Shown: piece after piece, positions 55,701 through 64,000 of the stretch
Numbering within the stretch: position 1 is the stretch's first letter
How the letters are laid out: each line of letters opens with the position of its first letter
Assembly (NCBI GenBank): GCA_963737655.1
Contig: CAVTTN010000002.1
Coordinates: 7,168,001 to 7,232,000, forward strand
DNA length: 64,000 bases
Direction: 5' to 3'
Source of the DNA: an uncultured Planctomycetota bacterium
GTDB taxonomy: Bacteria; Planctomycetota; Planctomycetia; Isosphaerales; Isosphaeraceae
The notes under the pieces: model-generated
The model's database searches: none
The model's input: the letters and a program-made list of their open reading frames with translations, nothing else
What the model was told of the DNA's origin: nothing
Made by a program: the position numbers and the translations under genes

Positions 55701-58700
55701 CTGGCGGCCGGTCCGATCGTCCTGGCGTGGTGCCTTTCGCCGGTCCTGGCGTTCTGGATCAGCCGGCCGAAAAAGGTCGTCGAGGAAGTCCTGAGCGAGG
55801 ACGACCGCCGCGAGCTCCGCCGGATCGCCCGCAAGACCTGGAGCTTCTTCGAGACGTTCGTCGGCGACGCCGATCACTGGCTCCCGCCCGACAACTACCA
55901 GGAAGACCCCGACGGCCGGGTCGCCCATCGAACCAGCCCCACCAACCAGGGACTGCTCCTGATCTCGACCCTCGCGGCCCACGACTTCGGCTACCTCGGC
56001 CTGAGGACCCTCGCCGACCGCCTCGAACGGTCGCTCGATACCTTCGACAAGCTGGAGAGGCACTGGGGGCACTTTTACAACTGGTATCACACCCAGACCC
56101 TCAAGCCGCTGCCCCCCACGTACATTTCCACCGTCGACAGCGGCAACCTGCTCGGCTGTCTGGTGACCCTAAAACGAGGCATGCTCGAACTTTGCGAAAC
56201 GCCCCTGGTCGCGGCGATGACCGGCGGAGAGGGGCTGGCGGACAGTCTGGGGCTGCTGGCCGAGGCCGTTCGGAGTGTCCCGCCGCCGTCCGGACCGACC
56301 GCGGCGGCGGCCCTGAAGGCCCTTCAGGACGACATTTTGGCGGCGTCCCTGCTCCTGGCCGAACGCCCGGCGGACCTCCTGGTCCTCGACGACTGGCTAG
56401 GTCGGGTCGATTGGAAGGCTCTGGGGATTTTGGGTAAGGTGAGGGCCCTGGAAGAAGCGACCGGGAGCACGGTCCCCGAGCCGGTCGAACGATGGTCGCG
56501 GCGGTTCTCGGTCGAGGTCGCCCAGAAGAGGGCCGACCTCGAAGCGGTCGCGCCCTGGCTCCCCGCGATCCGCCGGATCGAGGCCGCCGAGACCGCGCCC
56601 ACCTGGGCCGATCCCTCGGACATCGAACAGTTTATGACGGCTCGACGCCAAATCGTCGACCCGGCGAGCCTCGTCGTGCTGGCGGGCCTCCTGGACGGGT
56701 TGCGGACGTCTCTGGAGGAGCTTTCCCGGCGGGTTCCGGCCGTCGGTCCGGTGGCGGAGACCCTGGGCCAGTCCTGCGCCCCGGACCTCCTATCCCGCCT
56801 GAAGCGCCTGGCCGAGCGGGCGGAAGGGTTTGCCGACTCGATGGACTTCCGGCCCCTCTACAAGCCGGACCGCAACCTGTTCACCATTGGCTGCAATCTC
56901 GCCCAGGGTCGCCTGGATGGCCCATGTTACGACCTGTTGGCCTCGGAATCCTGCCTGACCAGCCTGTTGACCGTCGCCCGAGGAGACGCCCCCCGCCGCC
57001 ACTGGTTCATGCTCGGCCGACCGTTCATCCGGGCGGCCGGTCGGATCGGGCTGATCTCCTGGGGCGGCACGATGTTCGAGTATCTCATGCCTCGCCTGAT
57101 GATGCGAGGACTCCCCGGGACCCTGGTCGCCGAGGCCGTCAAGACGGCCGTGGCAAGACAGATCGAATACGGAGGCCAGACGGGCGTTCCGTGGGGGATT
57201 TCGGAATCGGCGTTCCATGCCCAGTATGTCGATGGCGACTTCCAGTATCAGTCGTTCGGCGTCCCCGGTTTGGGACTCAAACGAGGGCTGGAAAAGGATT
57301 TGGTGATCGCTCCCTATGCCAGTCTCCTGGCGACGATGATCGTCCCCCGCGAGGCCCTGGCCAACCTGCGAAGGATCGCGGCCGAGGGGGGATCGGGGGC
57401 CTACGGGTTCTACGAGGCCATCGACTACACCCGGGACCGCGTGCCGAAGGGGAAAAAAGCGGCGGTGATCCGCCAGTACATGGCCCACCATCAGGGGATG
57501 GCGTTCTGCGCCCTGGCGAACGCGCTGCTGGATGAGCCGATGCCCCGGAGGTTCCATGCCGAGCCGATGGTCCGGGCCGTCGACCTGCTCCTCCAGGAAC
57601 GGATTCCCCGGGACGTCCCGCTCGTGGCGCCGTCGGAGACCACGACTCCCTCCGGGTCCGAGGAGACCCAGGGAACGCCGCTGATGAGCCGGCGGATCAC
57701 CACGGCGATGACCCCCGCTCCTCGGACGCATCTCCTTTCCAACACCCAATATCACGTGATGTTGACCAACTCCGGCGCCGGCTTCAGCACGAGCCGGGGG
57801 CTGGACGTGACCCGGTGGCGGGAAGACTCGACCCGGGATTGCTGGGGCCAGTTTGTCTACCTGAGGGACGCGACGAACGGTCACGTCTGGTCGGCCGGTC
57901 ATCAACCTCTGGGCCGACCCTCGGACACGTATGAGGTCGTCTTCTCGACCGATCGCGCGGCGTTCCGGAGGAGAGACGGGGCGATCGAGACCTTGATGGA
58001 GGTGACCGTCTCGCCCGAGGACCATGCCGAGGTCCGCCGGGTCACGATCTCCAACCACGACGCGAAGCCTCATGAGATCGAGGTCACGAGTTATGGCGAG
58101 ATCGTCCTGATGGGGCGAGGGGCGGATCGGGCGCATCCCGCGTTTGGTAAATTGTTTGTGGAAACCGAGTGGGTTGAGGGGTCGCACGCCCTGATCGCCC
58201 GGAGGCGGCCGAGATCGGCGGCGGACCGGCCGATCTGGGCCGTCCACGCCGTGGCCAGCGACCCCTCGTCGGTGGGCGAGGTCCAGTACGAGACCGATCG
58301 GGGCCGGTTCCTCGGCCGAGGGCGGGGTCCGGACGACCCGGCCGCGATCGACTCCGGGGTCGCCCTGTCGGGGACGACCGGCCCGGTCCTCGACCCGATC
58401 GTGAGTCTCCGCCGGAGGTTGCGGATCGCCCCCGGGGCCTCCGCCGTGGTCGCATTCACGACGGCGGTGGCCGATTCGAGGGAAGAGGCCCTGGCCCTGG
58501 CCGACCAGTATCGCCAGCCGTCGGCGGCGAGCCGGGCGTTCGAGCTGGCCTGGGCCCAGAGCCAGGTCGAGCACCGGCACCGCAGCCTCTCGCCCGAGGA
58601 CGTCCACCTGTTTCAGCGACTCGCCGCGCCGATCCTCTTTGCGGGCTCGGCCTTGCGCGCCCCGGCCTCCCTGATCGCCAGCAACGGCCAGGGGCTGGAC

Positions 58701-61613
58701 GGCCTCTGGAAGCTGGGGATTTCCGGCGACCTGCCAATCGTCCTGGCCCGGATCGCCGAGAAGGACGAGATCCCCCTGGCTCGTCAGTTGATCGCCGCTC
58801 AGAACTACTTGCGGCTCAAGGGGTTGGACTTCGATCTCGTGATGTGGAACGAGGAGCCGTCGAGCTACTTCCACGAAGTCCACCAGGCGTTGCAGGAACT
58901 CGTTCGGGACATGGGAGTTGCGGAACGGGCCGACAAGCCCGGCGGGGTGTTCGTCCGCAAGGCGGCCCACGTGCCCGAAGAAGACCGGACGCTGATCCAG
59001 GCGGCCGCCCGGGTGGTGCTGTCGGGCGACCGGGGATCACTGGCCGGTCAGCTCGACCGGATCGAGAAGCTGGCCACGCCCCCCGGCCCTCTGGTCCCGA
59101 CCCGGGAGCCGATCGCCTGGCCGCCGGCCGAGGCGACCCTGCCGCCCGACCTCCGGTTCCCCAACGGGACCGGCGGGTTCTCGGCCGACGGTTCGGAGTA
59201 CATCATCGCCGTTCACGCATCGGCCCCGGCCGACGTCCGCCGCAACGGGAAGACCCACGCCGAGCCGCCTCCTCATCCGATCCTGCCGCCGGCCCCCTGG
59301 TCGAACGTCGTGGCCAATCCCGACTTCGGGTTCCTCGTGACCGAGACCGGGTCGGGATTCACCTGGTCGGGCAACAGCCAGACAAATCGGCTGACCCCCT
59401 GGAGCAACGACCCGGTGACCGACCCCCCGGGCGAGGTGGTCTACCTCCGCGACGAGGCGACCGGGCAGGTCTGGTGTCCCTCGCCGGGGCCGGTCGTTTC
59501 GGCCTCCGCGACGCTAATCCGCCACGGTCGGGGGTATTCGGTCCTGGAGAAAACCGCGTTCGGCCTGGCTCATGAGCTGACGCTGTTTGTCCCGAAAGAC
59601 GCACCAGTCAAGCTCTTGCGCCTGAAGGTCCGCAACCCGGGCGAGGGTGCCCGGAACCTCTCGGCGTGCTTCTTCGCCGAGCTGGTCCTGGGCAGCACCC
59701 GGGACGTCTCGGGCCCCCTGATTACGACCGAGATCGACCACGAGACCGGCGCCCTGTTCGCCCGGAACCGCTTCCGGACCGATTTCGGGTCGCGGGTCGC
59801 CTTCGCCGACGTGGATCGGAGGCCCCGGACCGTCTCGGCCGATCGCGCCGAGTTCCTCGGCCGCAATGGGTCCGCGGCGTTCCCGATCGCCCTGAAGCGT
59901 GTCGAGCTTTCGGGAAGGGTCGGCGCCGCGATGGACCCCTGCGCGGCCCTGCTGACCAGGTTCGAGCTGCCGGCCGGCGGGGAGATCGAACTCACGTTCC
60001 TCCTGGGCGAGGCCGAGGACGCCGAAGCCGCCCGAGCGCTGGTCCGCCGGTTCCATGAGCCGGGGGCGGTCTCGGCCGCCCTGGATGAAGTCCGAGCGCT
60101 TTGGGACTCCACGCTTTCTGCCGTTCAAGTGAGCACGCCGGACCCGGCGATGAACTTGATGCTCAACGGCTGGCTGCTTTACCAGGTTCGGGCCTGCCGA
60201 TTGTGGGGGAGGTCGGCGTTCTACCAGTCGGGCGGGGCTTTTGGGTTTCGGGACCAACTTCAGGACGTGATGGCCCTGGCCCTTGCCGAGCCGGAAGAGG
60301 CCAAGGCGCATCTAGTTCGGGCGGCCTCCCGACAATTTCCGGAAGGCGACGTGCAACACTGGTGGCACCCCCCGGCGGGCCGAGGCGTCCGGACCCGGAT
60401 CTCGGATGACTATCTCTGGCTCCCGTTCGTCGCCCTCCATCACGTCGCGATCACCGGTGACCGAAGCGTCTTCGATCGGCCCGTGCCGTATTTGAAGGCA
60501 TCGTTGCTCAAAATCGGGCAGGAAGAGGATTACGGGCAACCCACGATCGCCGACGAGCCCGGCTCTCTTTATGATCATTGCGTCAAGGCCATCGAACGAG
60601 GGGTGACCTCGGGCCCCCACGGACTCCCCTTGATGGGGACCGGAGACTGGAACGACGGGATGAACCGGGTGGGTTGGGAAGGGCAGGGAGAATCGGTCTG
60701 GGTGGCCTGGTTTCTCCTGTCGATTTTGCCCGACTTCGCAAAGATTGCCGAGCAGAGGGGCGACCTGGAGAGGGCGTCCTGGTGCCGCGATCAGGCCGAG
60801 AGGCTCCGCCAGGCGGTCGAGGAATCGGCCTGGGATGGCTCGTGGTACCTCCGGGCGTTTTTCGACGACGGGACCCCACTCGGCTCGGCGCGGAACGACG
60901 AGTGTCAGGTGGATTCCATCACCCAAACCTGGGCCGTGATCTCGGGTTCGGGCGATCCGACGCGAGTTCGGACGGCGATGCAGGCCGTCTCGGACCGGCT
61001 CGTGAAACGAGACGAGGGGCTGATCCTCCTGTTCGATCCGCCGTTCGATACCGGGAGCCTTCAGCCCGGCTACATCAAGGGTTACGTGCCGGGGATCCGC
61101 GAGAACGGCGGACAGTACACGCATGCGGCCACGTGGGTCGTGGACGCCTTCGCCCGGATGGGACGGGGGAACGAGGCGGTGTCCCTGTTCGGGCTGATCA
61201 ATCCGATCGGGCATTCCGATTCGCCCGAAAAGGTGGCCCGGTATCGAGTTGAGCCCTATGTCGTCGCCGCCGACGTGTACGGTCGCCCGCCTCACGAGGG
61301 CCGAGGCGGGTGGACGTGGTACACGGGTTCGGCGTCGTGGCTCTACCGGGTCGGCCTGGAATCGATCCTCGGGTTCCACCGGACGGGGGAGACCCTGACG
61401 ATCGACCCGAGGATCGCGTCGGACTGGCCGGGCTTCACGATCGAGTACCGTTACAAGACGAGCTTGTACCGGATCGCCGTCGAGAACCCCTCGGGGTTGG
61501 AGTCCGGGGTGAGGTCGATCGAGCTGGACGGGCAGGTTCTGGACGGCCGGACGATCCCCCTGGCCGAGGACGGCCGGGATCACGAGGTCCGGGTGGTGAT
61601 GGGGTCGGATTGA
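52800..61613 (+). CDS. ndvB: Cyclic beta-1,2-glucan synthase (NdvB/ChvB/Cgs family; GT84 plus GH94-like C-terminus)
   Basis: 2937 aa; EWLADNFH, GWERKRGKL, VITLDADT, GKGIYD, LSHDLIEG, RWVRGDWQ, TM cluster, LPPDNYQE, TSPTNQG, SWGGTMFEYLMP, PWGISES, YMAHHQGM, YQSGGAFGFRDQLQD, GDWNDGMN, RENGGQYTHAA, RGGWTWYTGSA. Confidence 0.93.
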   Translation: MSVTSVEAALPPAISSLGRPLIDPDAEGPIRAEIYGLDRLEAHARALASSCDLLPPRRRGSPLLRRFEDNGRVLLRVHSRIIAAEETDEARSIDAEWLADNFHIVEDVLREVRHDLPPGYDGELPKLASPPLRGYPRVFAVALAVVAHSDSELDETRITQFVEAFQEVALLTIGELWALPTMLRLVLVENLRRLAEQMIFRRDERKRAEAFAEGVLVPGASAAEVRSVPSPTDPSDPFIVRLLQLFRDQGSSASSALDRLEAQLESRGLDANETLRREHRRQAANQVSVGNCVTSLRLLSALDWNSFFERVSRVEAILRDDPSGVYALQDFPTRDRQRKSVETIARRSGADEQDVARRAIQRAVEGASDGPRRGHVGFYLLETGSTPLKREFGYRAVGRERLLDWTRSHPRLVYFGSIVGLLAILTLGLAAAGLGGSFGTFWLIAAVLALLLPMSEVAVGLVNHLLTLFLPPRVLAKLEFKDGLPADCPTIVVMPSMLVRPQSASALLERLEIHYLANPDPSLRFALLTDFADADSENRPEDEGYLRDALDRVRLFNDRYSPDGPPKFFLFHRRRVWNPGQGRWMGWERKRGKLSEFNRLVRGASDTTYSTLSADPSLLKNVRFVITLDADTQMPRDTARRMVGTIAHPLNRPRFDATSGRVVEGYGVLQPRVSFHLTAATHSRFAALLASSGGIDPYSTAASDAYMDLFGLGSFTGKGIYDLDAFEAATGHTFPENQILSHDLIEGNFARCGLLSDTELFDDFPARYHAYARREHRWVRGDWQLLPWLGGTVPTASGRRPNTLPALEKWKLFDNLRRSLVPPALVVFLALGWTVLPGSPLAWTLFALLVPAVPLVQLVLGTLIGAARSRSLAGFKRWPDAVPATLGQVGLSIVFLADQARHLVDATLRTLFRLFISRKNMLEWETAASTERRLGTGLLSFFGTMWPAPFLALAILAVVANVRPGALLAAGPIVLAWCLSPVLAFWISRPKKVVEEVLSEDDRRELRRIARKTWSFFETFVGDADHWLPPDNYQEDPDGRVAHRTSPTNQGLLLISTLAAHDFGYLGLRTLADRLERSLDTFDKLERHWGHFYNWYHTQTLKPLPPTYISTVDSGNLLGCLVTLKRGMLELCETPLVAAMTGGEGLADSLGLLAEAVRSVPPPSGPTAAAALKALQDDILAASLLLAERPADLLVLDDWLGRVDWKALGILGKVRALEEATGSTVPEPVERWSRRFSVEVAQKRADLEAVAPWLPAIRRIEAAETAPTWADPSDIEQFMTARRQIVDPASLVVLAGLLDGLRTSLEELSRRVPAVGPVAETLGQSCAPDLLSRLKRLAERAEGFADSMDFRPLYKPDRNLFTIGCNLAQGRLDGPCYDLLASESCLTSLLTVARGDAPRRHWFMLGRPFIRAAGRIGLISWGGTMFEYLMPRLMMRGLPGTLVAEAVKTAVARQIEYGGQTGVPWGISESAFHAQYVDGDFQYQSFGVPGLGLKRGLEKDLVIAPYASLLATMIVPREALANLRRIAAEGGSGAYGFYEAIDYTRDRVPKGKKAAVIRQYMAHHQGMAFCALANALLDEPMPRRFHAEPMVRAVDLLLQERIPRDVPLVAPSETTTPSGSEETQGTPLMSRRITTAMTPAPRTHLLSNTQYHVMLTNSGAGFSTSRGLDVTRWREDSTRDCWGQFVYLRDATNGHVWSAGHQPLGRPSDTYEVVFSTDRAAFRRRDGAIETLMEVTVSPEDHAEVRRVTISNHDAKPHEIEVTSYGEIVLMGRGADRAHPAFGKLFVETEWVEGSHALIARRRPRSAADRPIWAVHAVASDPSSVGEVQYETDRGRFLGRGRGPDDPAAIDSGVALSGTTGPVLDPIVSLRRRLRIAPGASAVVAFTTAVADSREEALALADQYRQPSAASRAFELAWAQSQVEHRHRSLSPEDVHLFQRLAAPILFAGSALRAPASLIASNGQGLDGLWKLGISGDLPIVLARIAEKDEIPLARQLIAAQNYLRLKGLDFDLVMWNEEPSSYFHEVHQALQELVRDMGVAERADKPGGVFVRKAAHVPEEDRTLIQAAARVVLSGDRGSLAGQLDRIEKLATPPGPLVPTREPIAWPPAEATLPPDLRFPNGTGGFSADGSEYIIAVHASAPADVRRNGKTHAEPPPHPILPPAPWSNVVANPDFGFLVTETGSGFTWSGNSQTNRLTPWSNDPVTDPPGEVVYLRDEATGQVWCPSPGPVVSASATLIRHGRGYSVLEKTAFGLAHELTLFVPKDAPVKLLRLKVRNPGEGARNLSACFFAELVLGSTRDVSGPLITTEIDHETGALFARNRFRTDFGSRVAFADVDRRPRTVSADRAEFLGRNGSAAFPIALKRVELSGRVGAAMDPCAALLTRFELPAGGEIELTFLLGEAEDAEAARALVRRFHEPGAVSAALDEVRALWDSTLSAVQVSTPDPAMNLMLNGWLLYQVRACRLWGRSAFYQSGGAFGFRDQLQDVMALALAEPEEAKAHLVRAASRQFPEGDVQHWWHPPAGRGVRTRISDDYLWLPFVALHHVAITGDRSVFDRPVPYLKASLLKIGQEEDYGQPTIADEPGSLYDHCVKAIERGVTSGPHGLPLMGTGDWNDGMNRVGWEGQGESVWVAWFLLSILPDFAKIAEQRGDLERASWCRDQAERLRQAVEESAWDGSWYLRAFFDDGTPLGSARNDECQVDSITQTWAVISGSGDPTRVRTAMQAVSDRLVKRDEGLILLFDPPFDTGSLQPGYIKGYVPGIRENGGQYTHAATWVVDAFARMGRGNEAVSLFGLINPIGHSDSPEKVARYRVEPYVVAADVYGRPPHEGRGGWTWYTGSASWLYRVGLESILGFHRTGETLTIDPRIASDWPGFTIEYRYKTSLYRIAVENPSGLESGVRSIELDGQVLDGRTIPLAEDGRDHEVRVVMGSD

Positions 61614-61718
61614 GTCGAAGCGATGAGATGAGGGGAAGATGCGGCCCGAATGGGCGCTGGACTTCCCGATCTCGTTCCGCCGGATCGAGATCGGGAAGCG
61701 CTTGTTTCGCCTGGCGGG

Positions 61719-61988
61719 CTAGCGGGCTCGGAGCATGCCCCTCATCTGGAGGTGGCTGACGGGGAGGGAGGTCTCCCGGAGCATCCGGGAGAGCTTGTTC
61801 TCGACGGCCTGGGCGGGCGAGAGTCCGGCGCGGTCATCGACCACCAGGACTTCCTCGTGGAGGGCCGTTGGGCCGTTGAGGCCGTCCAGGAGCAGGCGGT
61901 CGGGGACGCGACCGAGGCGGTCGATCTCCTTGGAGGAGGGGGCGGCCAGAGGCTCCGAGGTTCCCATCCGGGTTTCGCTCTTCATCAT
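61719..61988 (-). CDS. Hypothetical protein
   Basis: 89-aa ORF with purine-rich upstream sequence and plausible composition. No recognisable motif. Confidence 0.35.
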   Translation of the reverse strand: MMKSETRMGTSEPLAAPSSKEIDRLGRVPDRLLLDGLNGPTALHEEVLVVDDRAGLSPAQAVENKLSRMLRETSLPVSHLQMRGMLRAR

Positions 61989-62509
61989 GGGGGCAACCCT
62001 TCCCTAGAGGGACTCCACTCCGGGGCCTTCGGGACGCTCTCCACGCCCAGGGCCACCGGCTCATATCGCAAAATCCGCGCCGATAAGGGCGAATCGGACT
62101 AGTGGGGTCAGAAAGATATGGGATATTCTGATAACGCCTTCGGAGGCCGCGAGGCGAGGCTCGGGTCGCCGGAAGGGAGGGGTCGAGAGGGCCCCGGGGG
62201 AGGATCGGGGCCCGGGCCGGTCTTTCGGAAGAATGTCCGAACTTGTCCGGTCGCCGTTCGACCTAGGATACGAGATTTCCGTACTTCATGCGGGAAGAAT
62301 TCTTCAGGTTCATCGCGAATTCACCCGTGGGGCCGAGGCGAGGGGTGCGGCATGTGAGTTGCCTCGGCTCTCGGAACGGTTGGGCTTTCGAGGTGAACCT
62401 TTCGGCGCATTTCTGAGCAATTCCGCGACCCGGGGCGGTCCTCCCCCGGGGGAATTCCCACGCTTGCTTGACGATCGAATCACCCCATCGCCCGAATTCG
62501 GGAGCGATC

Positions 62510-64000
62510 ATGGTCCAGGACCATCACCGAGGTATCAAGGGTCTCATCGCGGAGATCCGTTTGATCGGACTGAGGGGTTCACAGGTCTGGGCCCTGGTCC
62601 CTCGGCGGAGGAAGCTCGCGTTGATCGGGGCGGTGGGCGTCATGGCCGTGTCCAGCGCCGCGGCCACGGCGATCCCGTTTGCCCTGGGTTTGCTCGTCCA
62701 GGCCATCGACCCGGCCGTCCATCCCGGGGTGTCGCGGACGAGCCTGGCCCGCTCGGCGGCCCTGTTCCTGGGCCTGATCGGCGTGGCTTACCTCGTCCGC
62801 GAGACCCTCAGCGTCTTCCGGCGTTACCTCGTCGAGAATACCTGCACCCGGATCGACCGCGATCTGTGCGTGAAGGTGGTCTCTCACATGATGAGGGTGG
62901 ACCTCGCCCGCCACGGCCATGAGCAGGTCGGGGCCCTTCACGGCCGGATCATCCGCAGCGTGGACGGGTTCGTGAGGTTCCTCCGGCTGAGCTTCCTCGA
63001 TTTCATCCCGGCCCTGATGACCGGCGGCTTCGCCCTGATTGCCACGGTTTCCAAGCAGCCCGGGATCGCCCTGGCGATGGCGTGCGTCGCCCCGCTGTCG
63101 ATCGGGCTGACCCTGTGGCAGCTCGTCACGCAGCGAGGGGTGCGTCTGGGGCTTTTGCGGTGCCGGGAGAAGATGGATGGGACCGTGGTGGAGCTCCTGG
63201 GCGGGATCGACTACGTCCGGGCCGCCCATACCGAGACCGCCGAGATCGCCCGGGTCGAGGCCGTGGCCGAGGGGAGGCGGTCCAAGGAGCTGCGGCACCA
63301 CTTCGAGATGTCCCTGTTCGGCAGCGGCAAGGCCCTGAATGAGGGGGCGTTCCACCTGATCGTCGTGGCGTTCGCCGTCGGGATGGCGCTTTCGGGCAAG
63401 ATTTCCAACGGAGATATCCTCACGTTCTCGATGTTATTCCTGAACGTGATGACGCCCTTGAACGAGATCCACCGATTCATCGACGAGGGGCACGAGAGCA
63501 GCCTGAAGGTGGCCGACCTCCTGGGCTTGCTGTCCGAGCCCGAGGATCGCTCCTTCGCCTCGGCCGCCTCGGTGGAGCCGGCTTTGGTGGTGGGCGAGCC
63601 GGTGATCGAGGCGCGCGACCTCCGCGTCGAGTACCGGACGGCCGACGGCCAGACCCGCCTGGCCCTGGACGGCGCCTCGATGACCATCGCCCACGGGGAG
63701 ACGATCGGCGTGGCCGGGCGTTCGGGCTGCGGCAAGACGACCTGGCTCCGCGTCCTGATGAGGCTGGCCCATCCCAGCTCCGGCTGGGCGGCCCTGGGAG
63801 GGGTGCCCATCGACCGGGTCTCCCGCGACACCATCGGCCGATTGATCGGCTACGTCGGCCAGAACCCGTTCGTCTTCTCGGGGACCGTGGCCGAGAACAT
63901 CGCCTACGGCAGCCCCGGGGCCTCGCCCGAGGCGATCCGCCGGGCGGCGCGGTTGGCCTGCATCCTCGACGAGATCCTCGCCATGCCCGGCGGTTTCGAC
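62510..64000 (+). CDS. ABC exporter, fused permease/ATPase (3' end outside the window)
   Basis: Read by hand (absent from the ORF track because it has no stop): ATG 62510 after GGAG, MVQDHHRGIKGLIAEIRL..., several TM helices, in-frame Walker A GRSGCGKTT near 63716, Q-loop GYVGQNPFVFSGTVAENIAYG. Confidence 0.9.
   Translation, partial: MVQDHHRGIKGLIAEIRLIGLRGSQVWALVPRRRKLALIGAVGVMAVSSAAATAIPFALGLLVQAIDPAVHPGVSRTSLARSAALFLGLIGVAYLVRETLSVFRRYLVENTCTRIDRDLCVKVVSHMMRVDLARHGHEQVGALHGRIIRSVDGFVRFLRLSFLDFIPALMTGGFALIATVSKQPGIALAMACVAPLSIGLTLWQLVTQRGVRLGLLRCREKMDGTVVELLGGIDYVRAAHTETAEIARVEAVAEGRRSKELRHHFEMSLFGSGKALNEGAFHLIVVAFAVGMALSGKISNGDILTFSMLFLNVMTPLNEIHRFIDEGHESSLKVADLLGLLSEPEDRSFASAASVEPALVVGEPVIEARDLRVEYRTADGQTRLALDGASMTIAHGETIGVAGRSGCGKTTWLRVLMRLAHPSSGWAALGGVPIDRVSRDTIGRLIGYVGQNPFVFSGTVAENIAYGSPGASPEAIRRAARLACILDEILAMPGGFD

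Noticed and set aside
62000..62500. ncRNA or operator array in the intergenic region (short palindromes TTCGGA-N6-TCCGAA, GAAGAATTCTTC)
   Set aside because: The palindromes are short and unrelated to each other, and no RNA family is recognisable.

Overview
High-GC bacterial chromosomal segment. The marker families (DUF1501 with DUF1549/DUF1553, PVC-type haem-binding proteins, TIGR03067, TIGR02999 ECF sigma with a Ser/Thr kinase, a LERR-type N-terminal motif) point to Planctomycetota, probably Isosphaeraceae-like (inference). In order: 3' part of ileS; DUF2203 gene; tandem tRNA-Arg(TCT) and tRNA-Arg(CCT); multi-PAS hybrid histidine kinase; secreted alpha/beta hydrolase; GH15 glucoamylase and SDR; membrane Ser/Thr kinase; TIGR03067 protein; three PVC-type dehydrogenase/cytochrome c genes separated by GTAG REP elements; a ~14.4 kb gene for a ~4,800 aa secreted CARDB-repeat protein; crcB; TolC-family protein; small Zn-ribbon membrane protein; DUF1501/DUF1553 pair; TMTC-like TPR membrane protein; double-redoxin; ECF sigma with TPR kinase; cyclic beta-1,2-glucan synthase; 5' part of an ABC exporter. 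About eight single-base frameshifts interrupt otherwise intact genes and are most likely long-read sequencing errors. No integrase, transposase, CRISPR array or rRNA was seen. The best candidate for undescribed biology is the giant protein. It carries an internal Cys-bracketed helical domain with hydrophobic segments, directly before a DPND motif, which may be a swappable cargo slot. All family assignments come from motif recognition by eye, not database searches.
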